Virus record (IMG/VR): IMGVR_UViG_3300029365_000529
Coordinates: 14,196 to 78,195 of that record
Source of the DNA: a virus
Strand: one strand, 5' to 3'
DNA: 64,000 nt
In this document: in pieces, positions 18,099 through 27,602 of the stretch
Numbering within the stretch: the stretch's first letter is position 1
How the letters are laid out: each line of letters starts with the position of its first letter
Notes under the pieces: model-generated
Database searches by the model: none
The model's input: only the letters and a program-made list of their open reading frames with translations
Told to the model about the DNA's origin: nothing
Translations under genes and position numbers: made by a program

Positions 18099-19808
18099 AT
18101 GTATAAAATGAAGAAAAATTGTTTTAAGAATTTTATGAGCGGTCAGTTCATCATGAAGATGATTCTGATGCTTGTTGCCGTAGTTACAGGTGGTGGTATA
18201 ATGGCTGTAGCAGACCTTGTGGAGCCACAAATTGGTGACGAGGGTGTAAATCCTGCAAGTAAAGAGACTGTTGCCACAAAAGAGCCGGTAGCCCCTAATG
18301 CTAACGACAGGCTTAGCCCTGGTGGAAAAAAAGACGGTCAAGACCTTACAGGCTCTCAGGCTTCTAGTACACAGCTTCGTGAGGGTGGTCTGCTTGACAA
18401 GGAGTGGGATAGTGAGATTGTTAAGTTCTATCCTTTCAAGACACCGCTTCTTTCTATTGTTCGTCGTATGGCAAAAACAGTAAATATTAAGAACTGGTCA
18501 ATCTCGCATCAGCGTGTTGGTGGCGAAACTCTTGATGGACAGACTATTCAGAAAATTGAAACTGCTGACACCATCGAGATTAATTCAACGAACTTCTCTG
18601 GTTCTATTCGCCCATTCTATAAAGGCACTACTGTTTTTGCTTCTGGTGTTCCCGGTTATGCTGCTGGCTCACAGACCAAGACAGAGGGTACACTGATGCT
18701 TTATGTAATTGAGGCTAACGGTAAAAAAGCGGTTATGCAGGCTGTCAACGGAAAGCCGAAGGTTAGTGGAGACTCAAGAGACAATCTTGACAACATGACT
18801 TGCCCGGAAATCCCTGTTGGAACAACGTTCCTTGCTGGTGCATCTGCAGCTTCTGAGTCTCAGCTCACCATTACACCAGAAAACTTCCAGCCACGCGAGA
18901 AAGAAGTGTATGTTCAGAAGAAACTCTTGAACATCGTATTTACAGATGACTACGAGAAGGTAAAGAAGGAGCAGCCTATTACAGTTGCCGACTTAAAGAC
19001 CGATGCTATCATCAAGTATAACCTACGTGCAGAGCGTACTTATTTGCTTGGATGCAAGTCTCGCTTCAAGGCAGAGACCGGCGACGGACAGATTGAAGAT
19101 GTCTATACCTCTGAGGGTATCATCAATCAGCTCACCAACACATACTCCATCGGTGATACTTATACGCTTGGCGATTTGATTGCTATTTCCAAACTCCAGT
19201 TCACGGAATTCTCCGAGAATGATCGTTGTTTTGCCTTCTGTGGTAAGAATGCTATCGAACGTTTGGAGAATATCAAGTTGGAGGGAAGCCATCAGAACGA
19301 CTTCATTAATCACAACGAGTTCGACCTTACCTTCAAGCGATTCAAGGACACCTTTGGCTCTATTGATTTTGTTTGGACTCAGACTCTCGATCTCTTGGGT
19401 ATGTCAGACTTTATGGTTATCTTCGACCCTAAGGCTTCTCGCCGATACGTCAAGATTGGCAAGAAGGAGCAGACCAATGATATGTCTAAGGGAGGTGGCG
19501 AGGTTCGTGACGCTAAGCGTTGGATTCATCAGGAGGCAGATAGTGTGGCACTTCGTGGTTACAACTCAATCTTGGTTGGTCCTGCTGATAAGATTGCTAA
19601 GATTGCCACAGAGTCACTTAATGCCATCATTTCTGCTAAGGAACTTCCTAAGAATCCATCAAAGGGTATGAAGGTTGCGCTCACGCAAGACTACACCTTA
19701 AAGGGTGCTAATTCTCCTACTGATGATGTCAAGTATGAGGCAGGTACAGTTTTATACTACACTGGCACCGCTTGGGCTATCTATGCTGGTCAAGATACAG
19801 CGCAGTAA
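18099..19808 (+). CDS. putative major capsid protein
   Basis: 569 aa ORF after the scaffold-like gene and followed by the strongest terminator in the window. The true start may be an internal Met. Confidence 0.5.
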   Translation: MYKMKKNCFKNFMSGQFIMKMILMLVAVVTGGGIMAVADLVEPQIGDEGVNPASKETVATKEPVAPNANDRLSPGGKKDGQDLTGSQASSTQLREGGLLDKEWDSEIVKFYPFKTPLLSIVRRMAKTVNIKNWSISHQRVGGETLDGQTIQKIETADTIEINSTNFSGSIRPFYKGTTVFASGVPGYAAGSQTKTEGTLMLYVIEANGKKAVMQAVNGKPKVSGDSRDNLDNMTCPEIPVGTTFLAGASAASESQLTITPENFQPREKEVYVQKKLLNIVFTDDYEKVKKEQPITVADLKTDAIIKYNLRAERTYLLGCKSRFKAETGDGQIEDVYTSEGIINQLTNTYSIGDTYTLGDLIAISKLQFTEFSENDRCFAFCGKNAIERLENIKLEGSHQNDFINHNEFDLTFKRFKDTFGSIDFVWTQTLDLLGMSDFMVIFDPKASRRYVKIGKKEQTNDMSKGGGEVRDAKRWIHQEADSVALRGYNSILVGPADKIAKIATESLNAIISAKELPKNPSKGMKVALTQDYTLKGANSPTDDVKYEAGTVLYYTGTAWAIYAGQDTAQ

Positions 19809-19828
19809 ATTATCACTATAAACCATCG

Positions 19829-19866
19829 GTGGGCAGGTGCATCTTGCTCTGCCCACCATTTATAAA
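19829..19866 (+). terminator. rho-independent terminator after the capsid gene
   Basis: Perfect 9-bp stem GGTGGGCAG/CTGCCCACC with 12-nt loop, followed by ATTTATAAAG. Confidence 0.7.
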
Positions 19867-19874
19867 GAATAAAT

Positions 19875-20336
19875 ATGATTAAGACATATAAAGCACGAGT
19901 AAATCAAAATAGCATTAGCTATCTGCTTTCAGGTAAGCAGGGTAATCAGGTTCGCTATCCTTTCGCAAATGGTAATGTAATTATAAACAAATATCCTTCA
20001 CTTACGCTGCGAAACCGATACTGTCAGGAACTTCTAGAGTCTAGCTTGCTTTTTGCCAACAATACTATTGTTCTCGACCATGAGGAAGAGGAGTACCCTG
20101 GTGAAAAGGCTAAACTCGAAGAAGAAAAGAATGCCGCATTAAAGTCTACCGTAGATGAGCCGGCAAAGAAGACTACAAAAAAGTCACAGAAAGAGGAGGT
20201 AGCAGGCATCCGTACAGCGGAAGAAGTTATTAATTACATAAACAACCGTTTTGACAAGGATTGCAGGACTCTTGAAACTGCTATGAAGCATGCAGACAAG
20301 GCTGGTCTTATTTTCCCTGATTACGGCAAGGAGTAA
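19875..20336 (+). CDS. hypothetical structural protein (153 aa)
   Basis: ORF in the capsid-tail operon. Confidence 0.5.
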   Translation: MIKTYKARVNQNSISYLLSGKQGNQVRYPFANGNVIINKYPSLTLRNRYCQELLESSLLFANNTIVLDHEEEEYPGEKAKLEEEKNAALKSTVDEPAKKTTKKSQKEEVAGIRTAEEVINYINNRFDKDCRTLETAMKHADKAGLIFPDYGKE

Positions 20337-20354
20337 TATATATAATAAGGTGAA

Positions 20355-21011
20355 ATGAAGGTAGAAGACATCATAAAGGCAGTTCGTTGGTGCATAGACG
20401 AGGAATCCAACAACTTCTCATCAATCACAGATGAGAAGGACGATTTGTATATGGACAACATCATCAAGGCAAAAATAAACGATGCCCTGCATTGGATTGC
20501 CGTTACCGCATCATCCTCTGCTGCATTGGCTGATTCCAAGAAGATAGGTACTTCTTCTGCCACCCTCCAAGTGCAAGACTACGATACCCTGAGAAGCATC
20601 GGAGTAGTCACGATGGATGCCAATACCGAGGTGATCAATATCTCTCGCATTCGTGGTAATGGCTGGTTTAAGGCAGTTGTGCCTATAGAGGATACCGAGG
20701 ATGAGGCTGTTATGATGTTTGATGATACGGCAAAGGGAACCATCGATCGACCACAGGCGGCTATCATGCGTGAGAATCCTCTGAAAATCCTCTTGCAGCC
20801 CAAGCCTACGGAAGCGGTCATTTCCTATGTAGGTGTTCCGGAGAACGTAAGCACGACCGATTCTACAGATGTAGCTATCCCAGGCCGCTTGAAGAATGCC
20901 TTCATCTACTATCTCGCCTTCTTATTGCTTTCAGCCTACGATGATACCAAGGCTACGCAAATGTACACGATAGCCTTGCAGCAGCTAGGCGTTAGTCAAA
21001 CATCAAAATAA
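20355..21011 (+). CDS. hypothetical structural protein (218 aa), possible head-tail joining
   Basis: ORF between the capsid and tail fibre genes. Confidence 0.45.
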   Translation: MKVEDIIKAVRWCIDEESNNFSSITDEKDDLYMDNIIKAKINDALHWIAVTASSSAALADSKKIGTSSATLQVQDYDTLRSIGVVTMDANTEVINISRIRGNGWFKAVVPIEDTEDEAVMMFDDTAKGTIDRPQAAIMRENPLKILLQPKPTEAVISYVGVPENVSTTDSTDVAIPGRLKNAFIYYLAFLLLSAYDDTKATQMYTIALQQLGVSQTSK

Positions 21012-21018
21012 TGAAATC

Positions 21019-21297
21019 ATGGAGTATGTATCTACGAATTATAGCGAAGAAGAACTGGCATGGGTCTCCCCGGAGATAACCTTGCAGCGTGACATCTACT
21101 TGATGATTAAGCTAAAGCGCCCAGGGAAACTGGTAATCAGACAGGATAGGGGCGATGGCAAGAAGCCTCGGGTTCCCATTCGTGCCCACAAGAACACCTG
21201 CGAGTTCAAGCTTCGCCTTCGGGTGATTCCTGAAACCATAAAGATTCAGATATTCACTTCATCAGAACCAAAAGAAATCAAATATGCCTACATTTAG
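21019..21297 (+). CDS. hypothetical protein (92 aa)
   Basis: Small basic ORF; its end overlaps the tail fibre start. Confidence 0.4.
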   Translation: MEYVSTNYSEEELAWVSPEITLQRDIYLMIKLKRPGKLVIRQDRGDGKKPRVPIRAHKNTCEFKLRLRVIPETIKIQIFTSSEPKEIKYAYI

Positions 21298-24200
21298 AGA
21301 TGATCAAAAATTAGGTTGCAAGGTGCCGATGATGAAAACAGACGACATCAACGACCAAGCCATCACGAAAGACAAGATTCGTGACGGCAATGTTACGACC
21401 GAGAAGCTCGCTGATGGTGCAGTTTCTACGGATAAACTGCCTGATGGAGCAATCAAGACTTCAAAGATAGCGGATGAGAATATCACGACCGAGAAGTTAG
21501 CTGAAGGTGCTGTGGAAACTTCTAAAATCGCCGACCAGAATGTAACCAGTGAAAAAATCGCCAACCAGTCGGTAGATAACTCCAAACTTTCACCAGAGGC
21601 AGTCACCTACGATAAGGTTAAGGATAAGGCTATCATCACAGAGAAGCTCAATGATCGTGCTGTAACCACAGAGAAGGTAGAGGAGAAAGCTATTACAAAC
21701 CCGAAACTTGGCAACCAGTCGGTTGATGGCAGAGTAGTTCGTGAGGCATCCTTGGAGTCCAGGCATTTCGCCAACGAATCTGTAACTACGGAAAAAATCA
21801 AAGACGACTCAGTTACAAATGAAAAGGTTGCAGACGATACGCTTGGCATCGAGAAGTTCGACCCAGAGCTTCGCAAAACCATTCAAGCCGCCACTGGTCT
21901 CCCTGAGGATTTAAGTCAGATGATCCAAGATGTAGATAAGTCTGTCAAGCAACTGAAAGAGAAGGACACAGACCTCCAGTCTCAGATTGACGATAAGCAG
22001 CAGCAAATCACCGCCAACGATGATGATATTTCATTGTTGCAGACTCGCAGTACTCAGATGGAGGAAGCCATCAAGGGCATTTCCGCAAGCGGTGGTGCAA
22101 GCCAAGCCTCAGCAGTAACATACGAGAACACAGAGAGTGGTCTTGATTCTGTAACTGCACAGGGAGCCATTGATGAACTTGCAAGAAAGAAAATCAACAA
22201 GGAAAATATTGCCCAAGAGTTCGGTGATTCAGAGGACAAGGTAGTCTCCCAGTTTGCTCTTCCATTCCGCGAAATTGAATCTCCAGAGTTCCTCAAAGCT
22301 ATAGTGGATTCAGATGATAAGGTTCTGTTTGGTTTCTACAGAGCAACTGGCAAGCCTTATTATCCTCTCAATGAAATGTATCATGTCATTCAGAATGAGG
22401 AATACTTTGCTGCTTGGGTTACTACTGACGATAAAGTAGTACTTGGTCTTAGAAGAGACGGACAAATCATTGGTGAAATCCATGCAGTCAATGCCTTGAA
22501 GAAAGTTATCTCTCAGTTTCAATCAGATTTAGCTTCTTTGCAGGAGAAGGTAGGTACAATAGATACCAACCTCAAAGAACTTCTTGACGTTTTTTCTTTG
22601 CAGGATAACGAGGAATATCTTGCAGTTGAGCAAGATGCAGAAGGCAAGGTATTGTCTGCAACAAATCCTGATGGTTCAAAGATATTTTATATTCCACTGA
22701 TTCCTAAATCTTCAATTAAGTTTGATGATAGGACAATATATGAAGATGAGGTGGAAGATTACAAAGAACTACTGCTTGATTCTGATGACAAAATTCTACG
22801 CTATACAGATGAAAATGGTGTTATACATGAAAATAGAGAAATTGTTTTCAGCTCTGCTAACTTAGGTTCAAATGAATCAGAAAAGGAGTTGGATGTGCCT
22901 CGTTCAATGAATCTTCCTAAGTATGGCTATACAGATATAAAAGAAGAAACTTTTTATTTGACAGCTAATGCAGGATATTCTGATAAGGATGGTATTTTAG
23001 CTATGCTTGTCAATGAAGATACGCAAGCAAATGCTCAAAAAGGATTGACTCCCTATAAATACTTTGTTAAGTCAACGCTTCAAAATACTGATGGTGTATA
23101 TTCTGTGACATCTGAAAGTGTGTCTTTGAATTTCTATGTTCCTTCTGATGTAAAGGAGGTCGGAGGAAAGTCTTATGTAACTTCCTCACTTACAAAGGGT
23201 AGTGATGGCTCGTACACCGTAAATCCAACTTCTATTGAAGTTACAAAAATTGTAGATAAGCCTAATGTAGGAACATGGGAAATCAGTAAAAAGACCAAGC
23301 ATTGGTGTGTAGTTGACATAGACTTTGGCAGCTATCTTAAAGGAACATATAACGTATTGGTATCCTTTCAAGGGGCATCAACCTTATATAACAGACAGAA
23401 GAACTTGAGATATGCTTTTGTTAAATCAGATTATAAAAGCAAGGTGAAATTGAAAATTGGAGAGTTATTGAAAGTGGACAAGTTCAACTTGAAGTCTTAT
23501 TACTCTGATGATACAAAACTGAAAGAGCCAATTATCTTTCGTCTGTATTTACAAGCTAAAGAATTACGTAATTTCAATGAGCAATATCCCTGGAGTGCTT
23601 CATCCATCATTGCAACTGGTGCAACTGGTATCATAAAATCTTTTCCTGTATGCACATCTGTAGGAGGTGAGTTCTATGGTGTTCAGTTCTTTGGCTATAA
23701 GAAAGACAAGGATAACTACATGCTCTCTGGTGATGAAGATGGAATGATTATCAGCGGAGGCGTAGGCTGTAACTGGGCTAAATTTGACTGGAGTACGTGG
23801 GAAGATGAAATGAATGATGACCCAACAGAAAGCAACAGGGTAGCTGTAGAGAAATTCTACCAATTCATTAACGGAAGTGATTTCACTAAGGAAAACGCTC
23901 CTAAGCACATGAATATCAATGACTGGATAGACTATTTCATTTTCATTCAGTTGTTCAGGCTCAGAGATAATGACATTCACAACCTTATTCTCTATAGCGG
24001 AGCAGACAAGAAAATTTTCTCTCCATTCCTTTACGACTTGGATTTATCATTCTTTGTTTACAGCTTTAACTTGGAAGCAAACCCAACAAATACTGTTTGG
24101 CTAAAGCTGAAATCATTGTATTGGGAAGAGATATGTGCAAGATACAAGGAACTCAGAAGTTCCGTTCTGACACAAGGAAACTTCAATATGATAGTCAGTG

Positions 24201-24349
24201 ACCTACAAAGCAGCATTGATTACTCTGACTTTGAAAAAGGAGTTAAGAAATGGGGACAAAGAGATACTAAGGTGACAACTGGATATTTAGAAGAATTATT
24301 CGGTGAGTTACTAAAAACGTTTGATGTATATTTTAATTTAAACAAATAA
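21284..24349 (+). CDS. tail fibre or receptor-binding protein with N-terminal 11-residue tandem repeats
   Basis: About 16 consecutive repeats of the form xxVTTEKLADGAV (ITKDKIRDGNV, TTEKLADGAVS, TDKLPDGAIKT and so on), then a coiled-coil segment and a large C-terminal domain; 1021 aa. Confidence 0.7.
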   Translation: MPTFRDDQKLGCKVPMMKTDDINDQAITKDKIRDGNVTTEKLADGAVSTDKLPDGAIKTSKIADENITTEKLAEGAVETSKIADQNVTSEKIANQSVDNSKLSPEAVTYDKVKDKAIITEKLNDRAVTTEKVEEKAITNPKLGNQSVDGRVVREASLESRHFANESVTTEKIKDDSVTNEKVADDTLGIEKFDPELRKTIQAATGLPEDLSQMIQDVDKSVKQLKEKDTDLQSQIDDKQQQITANDDDISLLQTRSTQMEEAIKGISASGGASQASAVTYENTESGLDSVTAQGAIDELARKKINKENIAQEFGDSEDKVVSQFALPFREIESPEFLKAIVDSDDKVLFGFYRATGKPYYPLNEMYHVIQNEEYFAAWVTTDDKVVLGLRRDGQIIGEIHAVNALKKVISQFQSDLASLQEKVGTIDTNLKELLDVFSLQDNEEYLAVEQDAEGKVLSATNPDGSKIFYIPLIPKSSIKFDDRTIYEDEVEDYKELLLDSDDKILRYTDENGVIHENREIVFSSANLGSNESEKELDVPRSMNLPKYGYTDIKEETFYLTANAGYSDKDGILAMLVNEDTQANAQKGLTPYKYFVKSTLQNTDGVYSVTSESVSLNFYVPSDVKEVGGKSYVTSSLTKGSDGSYTVNPTSIEVTKIVDKPNVGTWEISKKTKHWCVVDIDFGSYLKGTYNVLVSFQGASTLYNRQKNLRYAFVKSDYKSKVKLKIGELLKVDKFNLKSYYSDDTKLKEPIIFRLYLQAKELRNFNEQYPWSASSIIATGATGIIKSFPVCTSVGGEFYGVQFFGYKKDKDNYMLSGDEDGMIISGGVGCNWAKFDWSTWEDEMNDDPTESNRVAVEKFYQFINGSDFTKENAPKHMNINDWIDYFIFIQLFRLRDNDIHNLILYSGADKKIFSPFLYDLDLSFFVYSFNLEANPTNTVWLKLKSLYWEEICARYKELRSSVLTQGNFNMIVSDLQSSIDYSDFEKGVKKWGQRDTKVTTGYLEELFGELLKTFDVYFNLNK
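21340..21890 (+). repeat. 33-bp periodic tandem repeat inside the tail fibre gene
   Basis: Encodes the 11-aa repeats above; the repeat units are divergent at nucleotide level. Confidence 0.6.
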
Positions 24350-24351
24350 TT

Positions 24352-25290
24352 ATGGGAAAGTGTTTTATAACAAAAATGAAGGGCAGTGTTAGTGGTGCTG
24401 ACTTGCCTGTTCTTGGAAAGATTAGAATTAAGTTGTTGGACAAAACTAATGACTACCATTCTAATAGTCAAGGCTATATTCAAGTAAAAAACTCCAATAT
24501 TGAATGGGCTGGTGAAGAGAAACCAGTTTCTAACGAAACTGGTTCTTATACGATTTATTTCAAACAGCCAAAGAGTGGTATTGTATATTGCTCTGATAAA
24601 AATAATGTTAGCGACATCAAAACAACTTGGATGTATGCCGCAGATGTCAAGTTTGAGGACTTGAATAAATATTGCGGAAACTTAACATCTCTGTCATTAT
24701 CTAACTCTGGACAGACTGGAGATTTAAGTGAGATTGCTGATTTGAAACTGATAAATTTGTCTTTATCACATAGTAAAGTTACTGGTGACATTACTTCATT
24801 GCCAAACAGATACTTGTTGACTATGCTGGATATTTCTAACAATAAAACAATTTCTGTTAATACGCAATACTTATCTATCTGTACTGGTCTTACAAATCTT
24901 AATCTGGATGATAGTATGGCTACAGGTGATATAGCGAACTTATCTACGCTCACAAACCTAGAGATTCTTATTGTGAGAAATACGTCTGTTAGTGGTGACT
25001 TGTCTTCTCTTGCAGGTCTTTCTAAGTTTTATTACTTTACAAACTGGAATCTGAAAAACACTTGGAGCAGTCAGGACTTACGACCATCAAGTAGCAAAAT
25101 TATCTCTGGAGAATTCAGATTTGCAACAGCGACTGATACAGATAATTTCTTGATAAACATGGCTAAGTGTCAGGCAGCAGATAGAAAACAAATCTATTTT
25201 CAGCAATCCCATCGCACAAGTGCATCTGATGCAGCAGTTTCCACCTTGCAAGGAAAGGGATATACTTTATCGCAATTAATTACTGATTAA
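24352..25290 (+). CDS. leucine-rich-repeat protein, possible tail-associated adhesin
   Basis: Successive LxxLxLxxxxxTGDIxxL units: LTSLSLSNSGQTGDLSEIADL, KLINLSLSHSKVTGDITSL, LTNLNLDDSMATGDIANLSTL, LEILIVRNTSVSGDLSSLAGL. Confidence 0.6.
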   Translation: MGKCFITKMKGSVSGADLPVLGKIRIKLLDKTNDYHSNSQGYIQVKNSNIEWAGEEKPVSNETGSYTIYFKQPKSGIVYCSDKNNVSDIKTTWMYAADVKFEDLNKYCGNLTSLSLSNSGQTGDLSEIADLKLINLSLSHSKVTGDITSLPNRYLLTMLDISNNKTISVNTQYLSICTGLTNLNLDDSMATGDIANLSTLTNLEILIVRNTSVSGDLSSLAGLSKFYYFTNWNLKNTWSSQDLRPSSSKIISGEFRFATATDTDNFLINMAKCQAADRKQIYFQQSHRTSASDAAVSTLQGKGYTLSQLITD

Positions 25291-25305
25291 TAATATTTCT
25301 AGGAT

Positions 25306-25509
25306 ATGGAATTGAGAAAATTAACAAAACCATTCAAGGTAGTTCACGAAGGCAAGAACATTATTCTTCCTTTGACAGAGCAGGGTGACAATGCCGAGGT
25401 ATACCCATCGGCGAATGCCACCGCAGTAGAGTTTGACACATACACAGAAGCAAAGGATTACGTAGATGAGCATAACTTGGTGTATGAGGAGCCAAAGTAT
25501 GGGGAGTAA
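25306..25509 (+). CDS. small hypothetical protein (67 aa)
   Basis: Last ORF of the + operon before the convergent terminator. Confidence 0.4.
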   Translation: MELRKLTKPFKVVHEGKNIILPLTEQGDNAEVYPSANATAVEFDTYTEAKDYVDEHNLVYEEPKYGE

Positions 25510-25521
25510 ACCATAAAGATA

Positions 25522-25553
25522 AAGGGTGAGTCGAAAGATTCACCCTTTTCTTA
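25522..25553. terminator. bidirectional terminator between convergent operons
   Basis: 8-bp stem AAGGGTGA/TCACCCTT with 10-nt loop, A-run upstream and T-run downstream. Confidence 0.6.
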
Positions 25554-25920
25554 TGCAGCAAGCCTGCACCAATCCACCAAGCAAATAGCAAGCCTCCTCT
25601 CCATACATATTTATCAAGAACTGCTCGGAAATATGCTGAACCACATGCAGCATTTCGTGGCTGAGGCTGTTCATGTATTCTGCCTTTGAAGTAGTCCACC
25701 CAATCACAACTACAGTTTTTCTTATATCAACATTAGAATAGGTTATCCCTTTGTTGGCTTCACCTTCGAGCACGAGATTACAGGCATCTTCGAGAGGAAT
25801 GCCGCTGCATCCCAAATCCCGAAGATGCCTTCTTACCTTCATGGCATCCTTTGAGTGAACATCGTACATTATGTGTACGGTCCAGTCATACCTTTCCAAG
25901 TAAATCTCCTGCTCAGTCAT
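25540..25920 (-). CDS. small putative zincin-like metallopeptidase (HExxH)
   Basis: SLSHEMLHVVQH (HExxHxxxH) in a 126-aa protein; the family could not be assigned by eye. Confidence 0.4.
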   Translation of the reverse strand: MTEQEIYLERYDWTVHIMYDVHSKDAMKVRRHLRDLGCSGIPLEDACNLVLEGEANKGITYSNVDIRKTVVVIGWTTSKAEYMNSLSHEMLHVVQHISEQFLINMYGEEACYLLGGLVQACCIRKG

Positions 25921-25923
25921 ATT

Positions 25924-26337
25924 TTACAAAATCTCTTCCCAAGGAATGCCCACACCATTGAAAGATGTGTCTGCATAGAATCGGTTGAAGATGAAACCGT
26001 CCTGCTGATCCTCATCATCCACGTAGTCTTTGATGAACTGAGCCATCTGTTTCTCCTCTGTGATAGACGAGCCGTAGAAATCTGCCAGACACATGTGTGC
26101 GATGTAAACTGCATCGTAGCCCACATTATTCTCCAGCACGATATTGTTCTTCTTCAAGATGTCCTCAATATCATCCTTGCTCATCATGCGGATAGGCTTA
26201 CCATTCTTCCGCATCTGCTTCACTACCCACTCACACATCTTCTTATTGAAGTGCCAACCGTTGTAGCGAAGGTAAGCCCTCATCTCTTCCGGCTGATAAT
26301 CGTAGGCGTTCAAAGATTGTCTGTATTTTCTTTCCAT
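25924..26337 (-). CDS. hypothetical protein (137 aa)
   Basis: Six-frame ORF in a minus-strand operon. Confidence 0.5.
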   Translation of the reverse strand: MERKYRQSLNAYDYQPEEMRAYLRYNGWHFNKKMCEWVVKQMRKNGKPIRMMSKDDIEDILKKNNIVLENNVGYDAVYIAHMCLADFYGSSITEEKQMAQFIKDYVDDEDQQDGFIFNRFYADTSFNGVGIPWEEIL

Positions 26338-26401
26338 AATCTTTCTGATATTAAAAAGGGTTTGGTAACGAAATCAGTTTCACTACCAAACCCCAAGTTA
26401 G

Positions 26402-26677
26402 TTAATACTCGTCGCCGTAGCTTCGATAATCACGTTCTCCACGTTCTCTGTCGTCACGTTGGCGCATGTCGTCGTACTCTTCATGCTCTCGCATACCTCT
26501 TCTGCCTCCACGACCTCTGTAATCGGGCATGCGGTTGCGCTCGCCGTATCGGTCACGTCTGCCTTCACGCTTCATTTCGCCTAGGCAGTTCATCGCCTTA
26601 TCCAAGTAACACAAGCCCTTCTCCACGTTCTCATACAAGCCATCAAACTTGTCTTCTGTAATCTCAACCATTATCAT
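26402..26677 (-). CDS. small protein with Arg/Asp/Glu/Gly-rich low-complexity tail
   Basis: C-terminal RDRYGERNRMPDYRGRGGRRGMREHEEYDDMRQRDDRERGERDYRSYGDEY, RGG/RD-repeat-like. Confidence 0.45.
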   Translation of the reverse strand: MIMVEITEDKFDGLYENVEKGLCYLDKAMNCLGEMKREGRRDRYGERNRMPDYRGRGGRRGMREHEEYDDMRQRDDRERGERDYRSYGDEY

Positions 26678-26711
26678 AATTCTAAGATTTTTAAAGTGAA
26701 TAGATAGGAGA

Positions 26712-27212
26712 TTACTTGGTTATCGCCTGTTGGAGCAATCCCATCATCTTGTCGAGCTTGCCCTCCATGCCAGAAACCTTGCCTTCCAGCTTGCTGATCT
26801 TCTCAGTCTGTTCCCTCTCCTTGGCTATCTGGGGGTTGAGTTGCAATAGCATTCCCTCACAAGAATCAACGACTTTCTTGTGGTAATCTACGCTCTCCAG
26901 TATCGCCTTGGATTGTCTCAGCATCGTATCGACCTCTGCACTCATGGCTTCCTTGTTGTCGCTCACCACAAGGTTCTTGTCGTTGGCTATCTGTCCGTTG
27001 GCAGGTAGCTGCTTGAAATCCACCTCCTCGTCGTTCAGTTTCACCTTCACATCAACCACAGTTTCCATAGGCTGAGGCGTGAAGCCATTATTGAAGGTAG
27101 GGTATTTCGTCTGAGGGTTGCTGACCGAAACAACCTGACCAATCTGCAAGTTCGGGTTTTCGCCCTTATCTAGGACATAGAATAAAGAATTTGTTCTTAA
27201 ACCTTGAAACAT
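26712..27212 (-). CDS. hypothetical protein with C-terminal coiled coil (166 aa)
   Basis: Six-frame ORF. Confidence 0.5.
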   Translation of the reverse strand: MFQGLRTNSLFYVLDKGENPNLQIGQVVSVSNPQTKYPTFNNGFTPQPMETVVDVKVKLNDEEVDFKQLPANGQIANDKNLVVSDNKEAMSAEVDTMLRQSKAILESVDYHKKVVDSCEGMLLQLNPQIAKEREQTEKISKLEGKVSGMEGKLDKMMGLLQQAITK

Positions 27213-27242
27213 AATGTAATCTCCTATTATCTATTCTGTTTG

Positions 27243-27587
27243 TTAAACAATACCCGTCATCAGCTGAAGGGTGTTAGTGTCTCTCTCAAACCAGAGCTGA
27301 ACAACTCCAGTTCCCGGCACGTCTGCAACCGTTAATGCCTCACCATTGAATTTGGTTACGGCTTGGGTTACGCCGTTGGTCTCGAAAAGGATAGGCAGCG
27401 TACCAGTCGTTCCAGTCGGAATAGCCTGACGCAGATTTACGAAGATCGTTCCTCTGTAGCTGGCATTCACGAAGGCGTGGTTTTTAAAGGTGAACACCAC
27501 ATCGGCAGTATTCACCTTCACGCCTGTAGAAGCGATAGCCGCCGAACCGTTACGATTCACCCATGTATAAGGTCTTAACCATAACAT
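27243..27587 (-). CDS. hypothetical protein (114 aa)
   Basis: Six-frame ORF, beta-rich. Confidence 0.5.
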   Translation of the reverse strand: MLWLRPYTWVNRNGSAAIASTGVKVNTADVVFTFKNHAFVNASYRGTIFVNLRQAIPTGTTGTLPILFETNGVTQAVTKFNGEALTVADVPGTGVVQLWFERDTNTLQLMTGIV

Positions 27588-27602
27588 AGCAGCCTCCTTT
27601 CT

